A stretch of 64,000 nucleotides of DNA from a virus. Position numbers and translations under genes: made by a program. Under the pieces are notes generated by a model. It saw only the letters and a list, made by a program, of their open reading frames with translations, ran no database searches and was not told the origin of the DNA. Positions 37,246-46,831 of the stretch are shown here, piece by piece (position 1 is the first letter of the stretch; each line of letters opens with the position of its first letter). The DNA lies in IMG/VR virus record IMGVR_UViG_2871727361_000001, positions 2,590 through 66,589 of that record. One strand, given 5' to 3'.

Positions 37246-37674
37246 TTAAGGGACAACCACTAAAAATCCGGTAACATCCCAGGTTGAGTCTGGTATCTCA
37301 TATCCCAGTTCCTTGAGCTTATTGAAGGTAGGTTCGAATACAGAAACGAAATCATCCTCGCTCAACCCATCTAACTCTAAGTCGTCCAGCGTGATGGAAA
37401 AGGACTTGTGGCCGATCCTTGCCTTTCTATTAATTTCTTCAAACGTCCTTTTAAATATGATAGTAGAAAGTCTGCCGGTGGCTTCTGACGCTATTTTAAT
37501 CACATCTAGCGCTGAGATTAGCTTATCGCTGGATATTTCTTCAACAAAGCTAACATCTAACCTTTGCACAATCTCGGAATTCATGGAGCGGTTATTAGTC
37601 TTAGCGGATAACTCTATTTTTTCTTTTAATTCAATGGGAAGACGTATGCGAAACTGCGGATCTTCTCTACTCAT
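37246..37674 (-). CDS. Arc/Mnt-family RHH repressor with C-terminal extension
   Basis: REDPQFRIRLP.ELKEKIE..A..NNRSMNSEIVQRL. Confidence 0.88.
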   Translation of the reverse strand: MSREDPQFRIRLPIELKEKIELSAKTNNRSMNSEIVQRLDVSFVEEISSDKLISALDVIKIASEATGRLSTIIFKRTFEEINRKARIGHKSFSITLDDLELDGLSEDDFVSVFEPTFNKLKELGYEIPDSTWDVTGFLVVVP

Positions 37675-37719
37675 GCTAACTTCCTAATCAATTGAATGCG
37701 TTATGTGAAAGAAATTATG

Positions 37720-37783
37720 CCCCACGGTGGGGTTGACTTCAATGACGCACGGTGTGACACTGTTTTTGTGTCCCACGGTGGGG
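37720..37783. promoter_or_regulatory. immI-like divergent promoter/operators
   Basis: CACGGTG cores at 37723, 37748, 37774; TTGACT-17-GACACT. Confidence 0.7.
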
Positions 37784-37800
37784 CATTAAGGAGGTTGAGA

Positions 37801-37968
37801 ATGGGAAAGGCTAAAGATATGTACCAGCGCAAGATACGCATCCCCGATGACATCAAGCGCGCCATTGAAGCAAATGGTGAGCAGCAGAGCCGCCAGTTTA
37901 ATACTGAGGTTATTTACCAGCTGAGAAAGGCGTACGGATTAGTAGGAAGTAAAAGTGTTGAGGCCTGA
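37801..37968 (+). CDS. arc: Arc-like RHH repressor
   Basis: MYQRKIRIPDDIKRAIE..RQFNTEVIYQL, AAGGAGG RBS. Confidence 0.8.
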   Translation: MGKAKDMYQRKIRIPDDIKRAIEANGEQQSRQFNTEVIYQLRKAYGLVGSKSVEA

Positions 37969-38039
37969 AAATGGCGAAACCCCGCAGTGCTCGAACACTA
38001 ACGGGGCTTCTTTGTCAGTAACTTTCGGAGCAACTAACA

Positions 38040-38924
38040 ATGAATAGTATAGCAATTATTGAAGCAGTAAACACCACCTCTTTACCGTTCCACGGACAGC
38101 ACATCATCACCGCTATGGCAGCAGGTGTTGCGTATGTGGCAATGAGGCCGATTGTTGAAAATCTCGGCATGAGTTGGTCAACTCAGGTTCGTAAACTCAT
38201 GGGCACTAAGCAAAAATTCAACTGTGTTCATATGAACATGGTTGCGATGGATAGCAAATTGCGCGACGTGCTGTGCATTCCACTTAAGAAGCTCAATGGC
38301 TGGCTATTCAGCATTAACCCGGCGAAGGTGCGCGACGACATTCGCGACCGCCTGGTTCGTTACCAGGAAGAGTGCTTCACCGCTCTGCATGACTACTGGA
38401 CTAAAGGCGCTGCCATCCGCAAGCCGGAAACAACCGTTGATGATCGCACTCCGCTGCGTGGCATCGTCAACCGCATCATGGGTAAGTACGGCATGACCTA
38501 CCAGGCTGTTTATAAGCTGGTTCACAAAGAGTTCGGCGTGAAGCACATCGACGAGCTTTCATCAAAGCAGACCGCTGAAGCAGTGGAGTATCTGGCCGGC
38601 AAGGTTATCGAAGGTGAGTTTTTGGGTAAGGGCGAAAAAGGATTGTCATCCTTTCAGTTCACCGATGAAGATCTCTGCCGGCTTGCGTGGTTATGGGACA
38701 TCGGGAACCGCATGCAGGATTTTGCAAAAGAGCTGACTCCAGCAATGTACTCAATGAAGTCTGCGCACGCCGGAAAATTTCACGACTTCGGCAAAGAGTT
38801 CCGCTGGACGTTCGAACAGGCTCGAGTGGCAATAGAGAAGGCCACGCTACACATTCCATATCAGCCAGAGCGTGATGATAACTGGTCACGTGTTCTGCCG
38901 CGTTTAAGGAAGGAGATTCACTGA
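38040..38924 (+). CDS. ant: P22 Ant-like antirepressor
   Basis: LPFHGQHI, YVAMRPIVENLGMSW, LKKLNGWLFSINP.KV, YQEECF..LHDYW. Confidence 0.9.
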   Translation: MNSIAIIEAVNTTSLPFHGQHIITAMAAGVAYVAMRPIVENLGMSWSTQVRKLMGTKQKFNCVHMNMVAMDSKLRDVLCIPLKKLNGWLFSINPAKVRDDIRDRLVRYQEECFTALHDYWTKGAAIRKPETTVDDRTPLRGIVNRIMGKYGMTYQAVYKLVHKEFGVKHIDELSSKQTAEAVEYLAGKVIEGEFLGKGEKGLSSFQFTDEDLCRLAWLWDIGNRMQDFAKELTPAMYSMKSAHAGKFHDFGKEFRWTFEQARVAIEKATLHIPYQPERDDNWSRVLPRLRKEIH

Positions 38925-39003
38925 CAGGCGCATGGGATGGCGCAAAAAGAAAACCGCCAGTGTGGAGCTGGCGGCCATGTCTACCAACGTATAGGAACGT
39001 CTA

Positions 39004-39738
39004 ATGACTAAGTTGACTTTAGCAAAAAACTTTGGATCTGTCACTGAGAAAAGCATCGATAGCCAGTCGTTGCTTGAAATGGTTAATGCTGCTCGAAAAG
39101 AGTGCGGAGAGCCAATGGTGCGCAATAACAAGTTCCTTGAAAAAATCGAGGACGAGCTTGAAGGAGAGTTTTACACAAAAAGTGCAAAACCTTCTGGCAG
39201 TAGCGGAGGCAGGCCAATTGACGTAATTGGTATGACGATCAAGCAGGCGCTTCGTGTGGCGGCTCGGGAATCAAAAGCAGTTCGCCGTTCTCTGGTGGAT
39301 AAGCTTGAGGCTATGCATGAGGCACACATTACCAGCGGTAAGTCTGTCACCGGTCTTGTTGAGTACCGCAAGGCACGCACATTGAAGATGACCGTCGAAG
39401 CCGTCACGAACCTCTTTGACCTGATGCCACACTTGGCACCTGAAGCGAAGCAGGTAGCAGCAGCCAGCCTCATCAATCCGATTGCCGGTTTCGATGCTAT
39501 CCCGCTGCCGGTTATGGAAGAGATCCACTACACGGCGCGTGAGGTGGGGAAAATGCTGGATGTGTCGGCAAACAAAATCGGCCGTATCGCCAACAAGCAC
39601 AGCCTTAAAACTGAAGAGTTCGGCAAGTTCTTCCTGGACAAGTCGGCGCACTCTGACAAGCAGGTCGAAGCATTCCGATACAACACCAACGGCGTCGAAG
39701 CTCTTCGTTACCTGATCCACGGCGCTGATGTGGCTTAA
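39004..39738 (+). CDS. Second antirepressor-like protein
   Basis: Rha-like N-terminus (FLEKIEDEL, GGRP), C-terminal YTAREVG..KS.HSDKQVEAFRY. Confidence 0.7.
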   Translation: MTKLTLAKNFGSVTEKSIDSQSLLEMVNAARKECGEPMVRNNKFLEKIEDELEGEFYTKSAKPSGSSGGRPIDVIGMTIKQALRVAARESKAVRRSLVDKLEAMHEAHITSGKSVTGLVEYRKARTLKMTVEAVTNLFDLMPHLAPEAKQVAAASLINPIAGFDAIPLPVMEEIHYTAREVGKMLDVSANKIGRIANKHSLKTEEFGKFFLDKSAHSDKQVEAFRYNTNGVEALRYLIHGADVA

Positions 39739-39773
39739 CTACGCCATTGGCGAATCTTCATTTAATCAATTAC

Positions 39774-39853
39774 TTAACCCGCTTCGGCGGGTTTTTGCTT
39801 TCTGATATCTGTCACACCCGCTTCGGCGGTTTTTTATGGGAGACATATGGCAA
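39774..39853 (+). repeat. 80-bp perfect direct repeat, copy 2
   Basis: Identical to 34196-34275, offset 5578 bp. Confidence 0.95.
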
Positions 39854-42800
39854 CGATCAGTGGTGCAAAGGGCGGCAGTCAGAAACAGCATACGCCCGTA
39901 GAGCAGCAGGATTCAGCTCAGTCAATGGCCCGTTGTCGCATGCTGCTGGCACTGGGTGAAGGAGAGTTTGCCGGCCAGCTGACAGAGGGGGGTATTTATT
40001 TGGACGGTACACCGCTAGGCAATGCCGACGGCAGCATGAATTTCGAGAATGTGTCTTGGGATTTTCGCCCAGGAACACAGACGCAGGAGCCAATACCAGG
40101 ATTCCCGGCGGTGGAGAACGAAACCACCATTGGCGTAGCACTGACGAATGCCACGCCTTGGACGCGCGCGCTCAGCAATACCCAAATTGACGCTGTGTTG
40201 GTGCGAATCGGCATTACCGGGCTTCAGCAGCAGGAAAATAACGGCGATATTGTAGGAGCCACAATTACCTACCATATCGATGTGGCCACAGATGGTGGCG
40301 CTTACGAAACGGTTATGACTAAGACGGTGAACGAAAAGCTCAGCTCACTGTACGAACTCACGCACCGCATCAATCTGCCTAAATCCAGCACGGGCTGGCA
40401 GATCCGCGTCGTTCGCGATACTGCTGACAGCAGCACCCAACTGTTGCAGAACAAAACACAGGTGCAGGCCATTACTGAAGTGATCGACGCCCGCCTTCGT
40501 TACCCGCACACAGCGCTGCTGTACGTCTCTTTTAACGCAAAATCATTCAACAATATTCCGAGGATTTCCTGTAAGCCGAAGGGGCGAATTATTCGCATTC
40601 CATCGAACTACGATCCATTAGCACGGACCTACATGGGTACCTGGGATGGAACCTTTAAATGGGGATGGACCAATAATCCGGCGTGGATCTGGTTTGATGT
40701 TCTGACCGAACCACGTTTCGGGCTTGGCCGCCGTGTAAAGCCGGATATGCTGGATAAATGGGAACTTTACCGCATTGGGCAGCGTTGCGATCAGCAGGTA
40801 CCTGATGGAAACGGAGGTAATGGCAAAGAACCTCGCTTCATGTTCGACGCTTACATCCAGTCACAGGCCGATGCGTGGCAGGTAATAAAGGACATCGCCG
40901 CTGGATTCAACGGGATGACGTTCTGGGGCAACAACATGTTTAACGTTGTCTCCGATATGCCGGTCGATACCTCGAAGCTACAGATCCTCACGCGCGCCTC
41001 GGTGGTAGGCAAGCCTACATACTCCAGCGGCAGCGAAAAGAACCGCTACTCCAGCGCGCTTATCAATTTTAGTGATCCAGAAAATCATTATCAGGACCGT
41101 ACCACGGCGGTAATTTTTCCTGACTTGGTGAAGCAGTTCAAGTTTAAGCAGACGCAAATCACCGCAATCGGCTGTACGCGCGAGAGCGAAGCACAACGCC
41201 GGGGCGGATGGGCGGTTTATTCCAACTCACTTGACCGGATTATCACGCTACAGACCGGTCTTGATGGCTATGTTTACGTGCCGGGAACTGTGTTTGCATT
41301 TGCCGACGAACGCCTTTCAGGGCGGGTTTATGGCGGGCGTATCACCGGATATAACGCCGTGCTGAAGGCTGTGACAACCGATCGGGGTACCAGTGCCGTT
41401 GCGGGTGACACGCTCATGATCCGCACGCAGGGCGGTACCGTTGAAAGCAGGGTGATTCAGTCCGTAAACGGAACGCAGCTGGTGGTTGCCACGCCTTTCA
41501 CGGCAGCACCGTTATCCAACGCTGTATTCGTCATCGATGCCGGGCAGTTGCGCCTGCAATACTTCCGCGTTACAAACCTGAGATTTGATGATGAAGAAAA
41601 CACCTTCACAATCACAGGGGCCGAGTATAACGCATCAAAATATGATGCGGTCGATAACAATGCTCGTCTGGATACGCCTCCGATCAGCCTAATCCCGACC
41701 GGGCTGGTGGCGCAGCCGGGAAATATCTCCGTCTCTGGCTATGATAGCGTTCGCCAAGGGCAGCGTGTTGCTACGCTTGTGGCTACATGGGATGCGCCGC
41801 TTGATAAAAGTGGAAAGCCTCAGGCAGATATAGTTGCCTATCAGATACAGTGGAAACGCGGGGAGAGCCAGTGGATTAATACCCCTGAAACGGGCCTGAG
41901 AAATATTGAGGTAGTGGGAATTTTTGCGGGTGATTACCTGGTGCGAGTCCGGGCGATCAACTCCGCCGGCGCTTCCAGTCTGTGGGCTACATCTGCCCTA
42001 ACACAACTCTCTGGACGCATGGGAGATGTTCCGAAGCCAATCGGCCTGACCGCTACTGATGATGTCGTTTTTGGTATCAACGTCAGCTGGTCATTCCCGG
42101 CCAACACCGGCGACACGCTGAAAACTGAAATTCAGTACAGCCTGACCGGTAGCGACGCTGATGCGATGCTGCTGGCCGATGTACCATATCCGCAGCGCAA
42201 ATATCAGCAGATGGGCCTGAAAGCGGGGCAGATTTTCTGGTATCGCGCGCAGCTGGTAGACCGAACCGGCAATGAGTCCGGTTACACGGAGTGGGTGCGT
42301 GGACAGGCCAGCATCGATGTTTCCGACATTACGGATGCAATCCTGGAGGAGATTAAAGACTCCGAGGTGTTCCAAAGCCTTATCGAAAACGCCGTTGACA
42401 GTAGCGAAAAACTGGCTGGGCTGGCCGAGGCCATTCGGGAAAACGCGGACGGTCTTGCAGCCGCTGTCGGCTCAAATAAACAGACCGCAGAGGCGATTAT
42501 CGGCAACTCGCTGGCTATCGCTGATGTTGTCGTGCGGCAGTCTGCGCAGCAGGGCGCTAATTCTGCAAAATTTGAACAGCTCCGGGAGGTCATTGCCACC
42601 GAGTCGGAAGCGAGGGTGACGGACGTGACTCGCCTCGAGGCGAAAACCTCGCAAAACGAGTCGGGGCTGACGGAGGTACGCCAGACGTTGGCAAACGAGA
42701 CGGAGGCCCGCACTACCGCAGTAAACGAGCTGACTGCAAAAACGGAGCAGAACCGCGCTGACGTCACAGATTTGACGCAAGCGGTGACCACACTTGACTC

Positions 42801-43611
42801 CGCTATGTCGTCCCGTCTGGAGGAGCTGGGTGCCCGCACTGACACGGCCAGCGGCGGCGTGCAGAACAACGCTATCGCACTGATCAACAATGCTCTGGCT
42901 CAGGTCAGCCAGCGCAACCTACTGAGCGTTCAGTACCGGGACAACAAAGCGGGGATTGAGCGCGTAGATAACGTCATGGCCGACGCGAGTCAGGCTGTAG
43001 CCGAGTCCCTGAAAACGTTGGATGCGAGCGCAGGCGCCGGTAGTGGCAACGCGACTGATTTCGCGCAGGTGATGGCTGATTTTTCGCAGGTTTCGGCGAC
43101 TAAAATCAACTCGCTCAGCGTGACTGTGAACGGTCAGAGCGCCGTAATAAATCAGACCGCGCAGGCTTTGGCCGATGTCAACGGCAATCTCAATGCGATG
43201 TACAGCATCAAAGTTGGGGTCGACTCAAACGGTCGTCAATATGCTGCTGGGATGGGCATTGGGGTGCAGAATACGCCTGCTGGGATGCAGTCGCAGGTGC
43301 TGTTTCTGGCAGACAGATTTGCGGTTATGTCTCAGGCCGGCGGCGCAGTGTCATTGCCGTTTGTGATTCAAAACGGCCAGACATTTATCCGAGAAACGTT
43401 TATTCAGGACGGGACTATCGGCAACACAAAAATCGGCAACTATATCCAGTCAAATGATTATGCACCAGGAACATCAGGATGGAGGCTAGATAAGGGCGGT
43501 AACTTTGAGATAAACGGTGTTGCCGGAGGGGGTAGGATGCTTATTTCAAGTAACTTAATTCAAATCTTCGATGGCAATAATGTCCTGCGCGTAAGAATGG
43601 GGTTATGGTAA
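39847..43611 (+). CDS. J: Central tail fibre / host specificity protein J
   Basis: 1254 aa; GAKGGS, RLRYPHTAL, WTNNPAW, FnIII region, YAAGMGIG..SQVLFLADRFA. Confidence 0.95.
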   Translation: MATISGAKGGSQKQHTPVEQQDSAQSMARCRMLLALGEGEFAGQLTEGGIYLDGTPLGNADGSMNFENVSWDFRPGTQTQEPIPGFPAVENETTIGVALTNATPWTRALSNTQIDAVLVRIGITGLQQQENNGDIVGATITYHIDVATDGGAYETVMTKTVNEKLSSLYELTHRINLPKSSTGWQIRVVRDTADSSTQLLQNKTQVQAITEVIDARLRYPHTALLYVSFNAKSFNNIPRISCKPKGRIIRIPSNYDPLARTYMGTWDGTFKWGWTNNPAWIWFDVLTEPRFGLGRRVKPDMLDKWELYRIGQRCDQQVPDGNGGNGKEPRFMFDAYIQSQADAWQVIKDIAAGFNGMTFWGNNMFNVVSDMPVDTSKLQILTRASVVGKPTYSSGSEKNRYSSALINFSDPENHYQDRTTAVIFPDLVKQFKFKQTQITAIGCTRESEAQRRGGWAVYSNSLDRIITLQTGLDGYVYVPGTVFAFADERLSGRVYGGRITGYNAVLKAVTTDRGTSAVAGDTLMIRTQGGTVESRVIQSVNGTQLVVATPFTAAPLSNAVFVIDAGQLRLQYFRVTNLRFDDEENTFTITGAEYNASKYDAVDNNARLDTPPISLIPTGLVAQPGNISVSGYDSVRQGQRVATLVATWDAPLDKSGKPQADIVAYQIQWKRGESQWINTPETGLRNIEVVGIFAGDYLVRVRAINSAGASSLWATSALTQLSGRMGDVPKPIGLTATDDVVFGINVSWSFPANTGDTLKTEIQYSLTGSDADAMLLADVPYPQRKYQQMGLKAGQIFWYRAQLVDRTGNESGYTEWVRGQASIDVSDITDAILEEIKDSEVFQSLIENAVDSSEKLAGLAEAIRENADGLAAAVGSNKQTAEAIIGNSLAIADVVVRQSAQQGANSAKFEQLREVIATESEARVTDVTRLEAKTSQNESGLTEVRQTLANETEARTTAVNELTAKTEQNRADVTDLTQAVTTLDSAMSSRLEELGARTDTASGGVQNNAIALINNALAQVSQRNLLSVQYRDNKAGIERVDNVMADASQAVAESLKTLDASAGAGSGNATDFAQVMADFSQVSATKINSLSVTVNGQSAVINQTAQALADVNGNLNAMYSIKVGVDSNGRQYAAGMGIGVQNTPAGMQSQVLFLADRFAVMSQAGGAVSLPFVIQNGQTFIRETFIQDGTIGNTKIGNYIQSNDYAPGTSGWRLDKGGNFEINGVAGGGRMLISSNLIQIFDGNNVLRVRMGLW

Positions 43612-43916
43612 TGCCACAGGGGCTACAATGCTGGGATTCATCTGGGAGAATTTCTGTTGATCTTTCTGATTTTTCATTAAGATTCATTGGCGTTGTCAGC
43701 GTACAATTTTTTTCAGGTGATAGCATGAAAAATATATCCTTCCCCGGAATTACTGTAGATGGGAGCATCGTCACGCCTGTGTCTAACTCATTTGATCCGT
43801 CTTATACCAGCCTGTATTCCTGCAGGGCATATAACGGGGGATTTACGGTAACGTATCTACCTGAATACACCTCGCGTGCATTAGTCCTTAATGTGGAGGT
43901 ATATAGCTTTCAATGA
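43605..43916 (+). CDS. Tail-associated small protein
   Basis: PQGLQCWDSSG..VDLSD; coupled to J. Confidence 0.7.
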   Translation: MVMPQGLQCWDSSGRISVDLSDFSLRFIGVVSVQFFSGDSMKNISFPGITVDGSIVTPVSNSFDPSYTSLYSCRAYNGGFTVTYLPEYTSRALVLNVEVYSFQ

Positions 43917-44554
43917 GCGGATTTGAGGCTTTCAATCAAAATGGCAAAATAACGATAGACTCCAACAACAGATCTACAATATTTCTTGACAGGAGGGGCG
44001 TTTCACCAATCACCGATGTTGGTGCTGTTCAGGTTGTTAACCCATTCACTGACGGATACTCGTTTGGTTTTTCTGCTCAACAGTTCTGGAATGACGGTAA
44101 CTTACGCTGGCTTAGGATGAACACTGGTAAGGTTTCAATGCCTGGTGCGGATATGTTTGAGCCTGAAGCTGGAGATATGATCCGGACTTCAAGGAATTCG
44201 AGCATTCAAAGTGGATATCTGGATGTATTTGATCAAAATGGAAACATCGTTTGGAGTGCTAAGTCTGCAGCAAGCATGCCTAGAATTATTGGCTTTATGG
44301 ATATACCTGCAGGATTTGATCTGCAAAACAACGTTTTTTCTATTCACCCGGGATTTAATCCGTGGATTCTCATCAATTCTACCCCCGGGAATTACAGTAA
44401 TGACGGTGCTGTATCAGGATACTCAGGGGTTGTTTTGAAGTGGGATGGAAGCCAGTTACAGGCGTCATATGTTTCAAAAAATCAGAAAAGCTGGTCTCAG
44501 ATTCTTCAATCTTCAGGATTGAGAATTCCGCTCGCCAAATTTGTAGGAATTTAA
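43913..44554 (+). CDS. Tail-associated protein
   Basis: MSGFEAFNQNGKITIDS, GYLDVFDQNG..WSA. Confidence 0.7.
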   Translation: MSGFEAFNQNGKITIDSNNRSTIFLDRRGVSPITDVGAVQVVNPFTDGYSFGFSAQQFWNDGNLRWLRMNTGKVSMPGADMFEPEAGDMIRTSRNSSIQSGYLDVFDQNGNIVWSAKSAASMPRIIGFMDIPAGFDLQNNVFSIHPGFNPWILINSTPGNYSNDGAVSGYSGVVLKWDGSQLQASYVSKNQKSWSQILQSSGLRIPLAKFVGI

Positions 44555-44563
44555 GAGGAAACT

Positions 44564-45781
44564 ATGATTTACACAACAGGAACAATTTCAGTTAACGGCA
44601 ATACCGCAACCGGCACAGGCACAAACTGGACGGCTGCCGGCAGTCTGATCCGAGTGGGCTGCACTATCATCGTGATGTCTAATCCTGCGCAGGTTTTCCA
44701 GATCACCGCCGTGAATTCAGCAACTGGGCTGACCGTCAGTCCCGCAGCATCGCCGGCGTTGTCCGGGCAGAAATACGCCATCCTGCTCAGTGACAGCCTG
44801 AGCGTGGACGGTCTGGCGCAGGACATCGCTGAAACGTTCCGCATGTATCAGTCCTACATGGGCGGGTTCGCTGACGTAATGAACGGCGCCGGTGATGTGA
44901 CCATCACTATTAACGGCGAGCAGGTAACCGTTCCCGGGCAAAAGTCGCTGGCAAAAAAAGGGGCTAATAACGACATCACCAGCCTGAACGGATTGACTAC
45001 TGCGCTTAGCATTGCGCAGGGTGGGACGGGGGCGAAAGCCGCGAGTGATGCCTGGAAGAATATTGCGCAGTTCGGCAGCGAGAGTGGCACTGCTGCTCAG
45101 GGTAATGATCCACGATTAAACACGATTGATGGTAAGAGCGGTGGATTGATAAATGGTGATATAAAAGCGGTTGGAGGGAAAAGCATAGGGTTAGAAACCG
45201 CTTTTGGAGGTAATAAAAAAATATATATAAGCAACAGTTCTGGCGATGGTCAGCCGAATACATATATAAACTTTTTAAAGGGTGCCTGGTACGATGGTTC
45301 ATATACAGCCGGTGGAGTAAGGGGCGGAGATACGTTACTATCTCACTTTCAAGTGTCTGTGATTGCGAAAGAAGGACTGGGCGCTGACTTTTTATTTTAT
45401 CCAGACGGCAGGGGGGTGGGTAACTGGCAGACCCAATCTGACGAGAGAATCAAAAAAATATTTGGATATATAGAAGACCCGCTGGTAAAGATGCGTGGAA
45501 TACGCGGTATCCATTATGAGAGGCTGGATACTGGGGTTAGAGGGTATGGGTTTAGTGCCCAGTCTGTTCAATCTGTGTTCCCAGACGCAGTAACGAAAAC
45601 GGGCCGAATTACTCTTAAAGATGGAACCGTGGTGGACGATGTGCTTTCTCCTGACACTTATGGCGTATCGGCCGCTCTTCACCATGAAGCAATATTAGCT
45701 CTTATGGAATCCATCGAAGAGCGCGACAAAGTCGTAGCTGACCTGATCGGCAGGATTGAAAAGCTTGAAAAGACCGCTTGA
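44564..45781 (+). CDS. Side tail fibre with C-terminal S74 intramolecular chaperone
   Basis: YTTGTISV N-terminus, KKGANNDITSL repeat, SDERIK..GFSAQ.VQ.VFPDAV. Confidence 0.88.
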   Translation: MIYTTGTISVNGNTATGTGTNWTAAGSLIRVGCTIIVMSNPAQVFQITAVNSATGLTVSPAASPALSGQKYAILLSDSLSVDGLAQDIAETFRMYQSYMGGFADVMNGAGDVTITINGEQVTVPGQKSLAKKGANNDITSLNGLTTALSIAQGGTGAKAASDAWKNIAQFGSESGTAAQGNDPRLNTIDGKSGGLINGDIKAVGGKSIGLETAFGGNKKIYISNSSGDGQPNTYINFLKGAWYDGSYTAGGVRGGDTLLSHFQVSVIAKEGLGADFLFYPDGRGVGNWQTQSDERIKKIFGYIEDPLVKMRGIRGIHYERLDTGVRGYGFSAQSVQSVFPDAVTKTGRITLKDGTVVDDVLSPDTYGVSAALHHEAILALMESIEERDKVVADLIGRIEKLEKTA

Positions 45782-45895
45782 TGGTGCTGACCTGCCTTGG
45801 CGTCACTGAATAGTGCGCTCTAAATTCATCGACAACTCAACGTAGTAACTCTCCCCGCCAAAAACCCGCTTGATAGCCTGCCTCGATCAATAATA

Positions 45896-45911
45896 CTGTA
45901 TATAAATACAG
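45896..45911. promoter_or_regulatory. LexA (SOS) box
   Basis: CTGT-ATATAAAT-ACAG, near consensus; TTGATA at 45870. Confidence 0.9.
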
Positions 45912-45932
45912 TAACTAATCGGAGTAACTATC

Positions 45933-46175
45933 ATGCCGCGAGCATACGAGATAGAGACGGCGTTTGTGGCCGCTATCAGCATTGGCCGGGGAGGGCGCCG
46001 GACGGTATCAACGACGGATTTTGTGCGAGAGCTGGGACATGTTAACTGGCACTGGACATTGGCGGAGGCAAACCGTTGGATTGAGACTCACCAGCACTCG
46101 TTTCGCGACGTGAGCACCGAGGAGGGAGAGCGCCGTACATTCCACCTGTTCAACCCGAACAACGGCGGTCGCTAA
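45933..46175 (+). CDS. SOS-regulated hypothetical protein
   Basis: 80 aa behind LexA box, GGAG RBS. Confidence 0.75.
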   Translation: MPRAYEIETAFVAAISIGRGGRRTVSTTDFVRELGHVNWHWTLAEANRWIETHQHSFRDVSTEEGERRTFHLFNPNNGGR

Positions 46176-46176
46176 T

Positions 46177-46494
46177 ATGGGGTTTCCGTCACCAGCGAGG
46201 GACTACGTCGAGCGCCCCTTTCGAATTGACGAACTGCCGGGCATCGACACGTCTGTGCGCGTGCATGATTTCCCTGGCGGGTTTGCGATCATCAAGCCTG
46301 TCTCTCAGGCAAAAATTGGAGATACGCTGCTGGTTAGCAACTGCGGAAGTATTGAGTTTGTCAGGCTGTCGGTGAAAGGGCTGGTAATGCCAGATGGAGA
46401 GTGCATTGCCGGCGAACAAATGGAGGGCGTCGAGGTGCTTGGGCGGGTGATTTACCAGGTGCTGGATTTTACCGATGGGGCAGGGCCTGTTTGA
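46177..46494 (+). CDS. UmuD'-like (HumD-type) protein
   Basis: Starts MGFPSPARDYVE, i.e. at the UmuD cleavage point; ends VLGRV. Confidence 0.75.
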   Translation: MGFPSPARDYVERPFRIDELPGIDTSVRVHDFPGGFAIIKPVSQAKIGDTLLVSNCGSIEFVRLSVKGLVMPDGECIAGEQMEGVEVLGRVIYQVLDFTDGAGPV

Positions 46495-46495
46495 G

Positions 46496-46567
46496 TGGGA
46501 CAGATTTGGGACATGCAGGGGTTTGAGTCGTTTTACATGCCTTTGCATGTTTTTGCATCATGGGACG
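46496..46567 (+). repeat. Arm-type integrase site repeats
   Basis: TGGGACA at 46496 and 46507, TGGGACG at 46561. Confidence 0.55.
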
Positions 46568-46620
46568 TGTGAGCGCGGTCAGATGCGGTAAGTTACTGTG
46601 TTAAAAGCTGATTCTAGGAA

Positions 46621-46665
46621 CTTCTAAGCCGTAGGTCACAGGTTCGAATCCTGTAGGGCGTGCCA
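46621..46665 (+). other. att core = 3' half of tRNA-Arg(UCU) from the anticodon loop
   Basis: CTTCTAAGCCGTAGGTCACAGGTTCGAATCCTGTAGGGCGTGCCA with no 5' half upstream. Confidence 0.9.
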
Positions 46666-46778
46666 TTTTCACTTCTCCTGTCGTCTACTAAAGTCCACAA
46701 AATCCCAGTCAGTAAGCACCTTCCCGCGAATCTCATTATCTCAACGTCTACTATCATCTATTGAAATCAACAATCATG

Positions 46779-46798
46779 TGGGGGTACATTTGGGGGTA
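46779..46798 (+). repeat. P4-type arm sites
   Basis: TGGGGGTA direct repeat at 46779 and 46791 upstream of int. Confidence 0.65.
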
Positions 46799-46831
46799 GA
46801 TTCCTGTTCAATGAAATGAGATACCCCCAAA

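Larger units (their letters stand above)
1..46665. mobile_element. Lambdoid siphophage prophage (left end outside window)
   Basis: Canonical gene order: recombination, immunity, replication, nin, Q, lysis, head, tail, fibre; ends at a tRNA-Arg 3' half preceded by arm-like repeats. Confidence 0.96.

Noticed and set aside
44564-45781. Invertible or DGR-diversified tail fibre
   Set aside because: No invertase, reverse transcriptase, inverted repeats or template repeat seen
46590-46665. Intact tRNA-Arg
   Set aside because: Acceptor 5' strand and D arm are absent; only the 3' half remains
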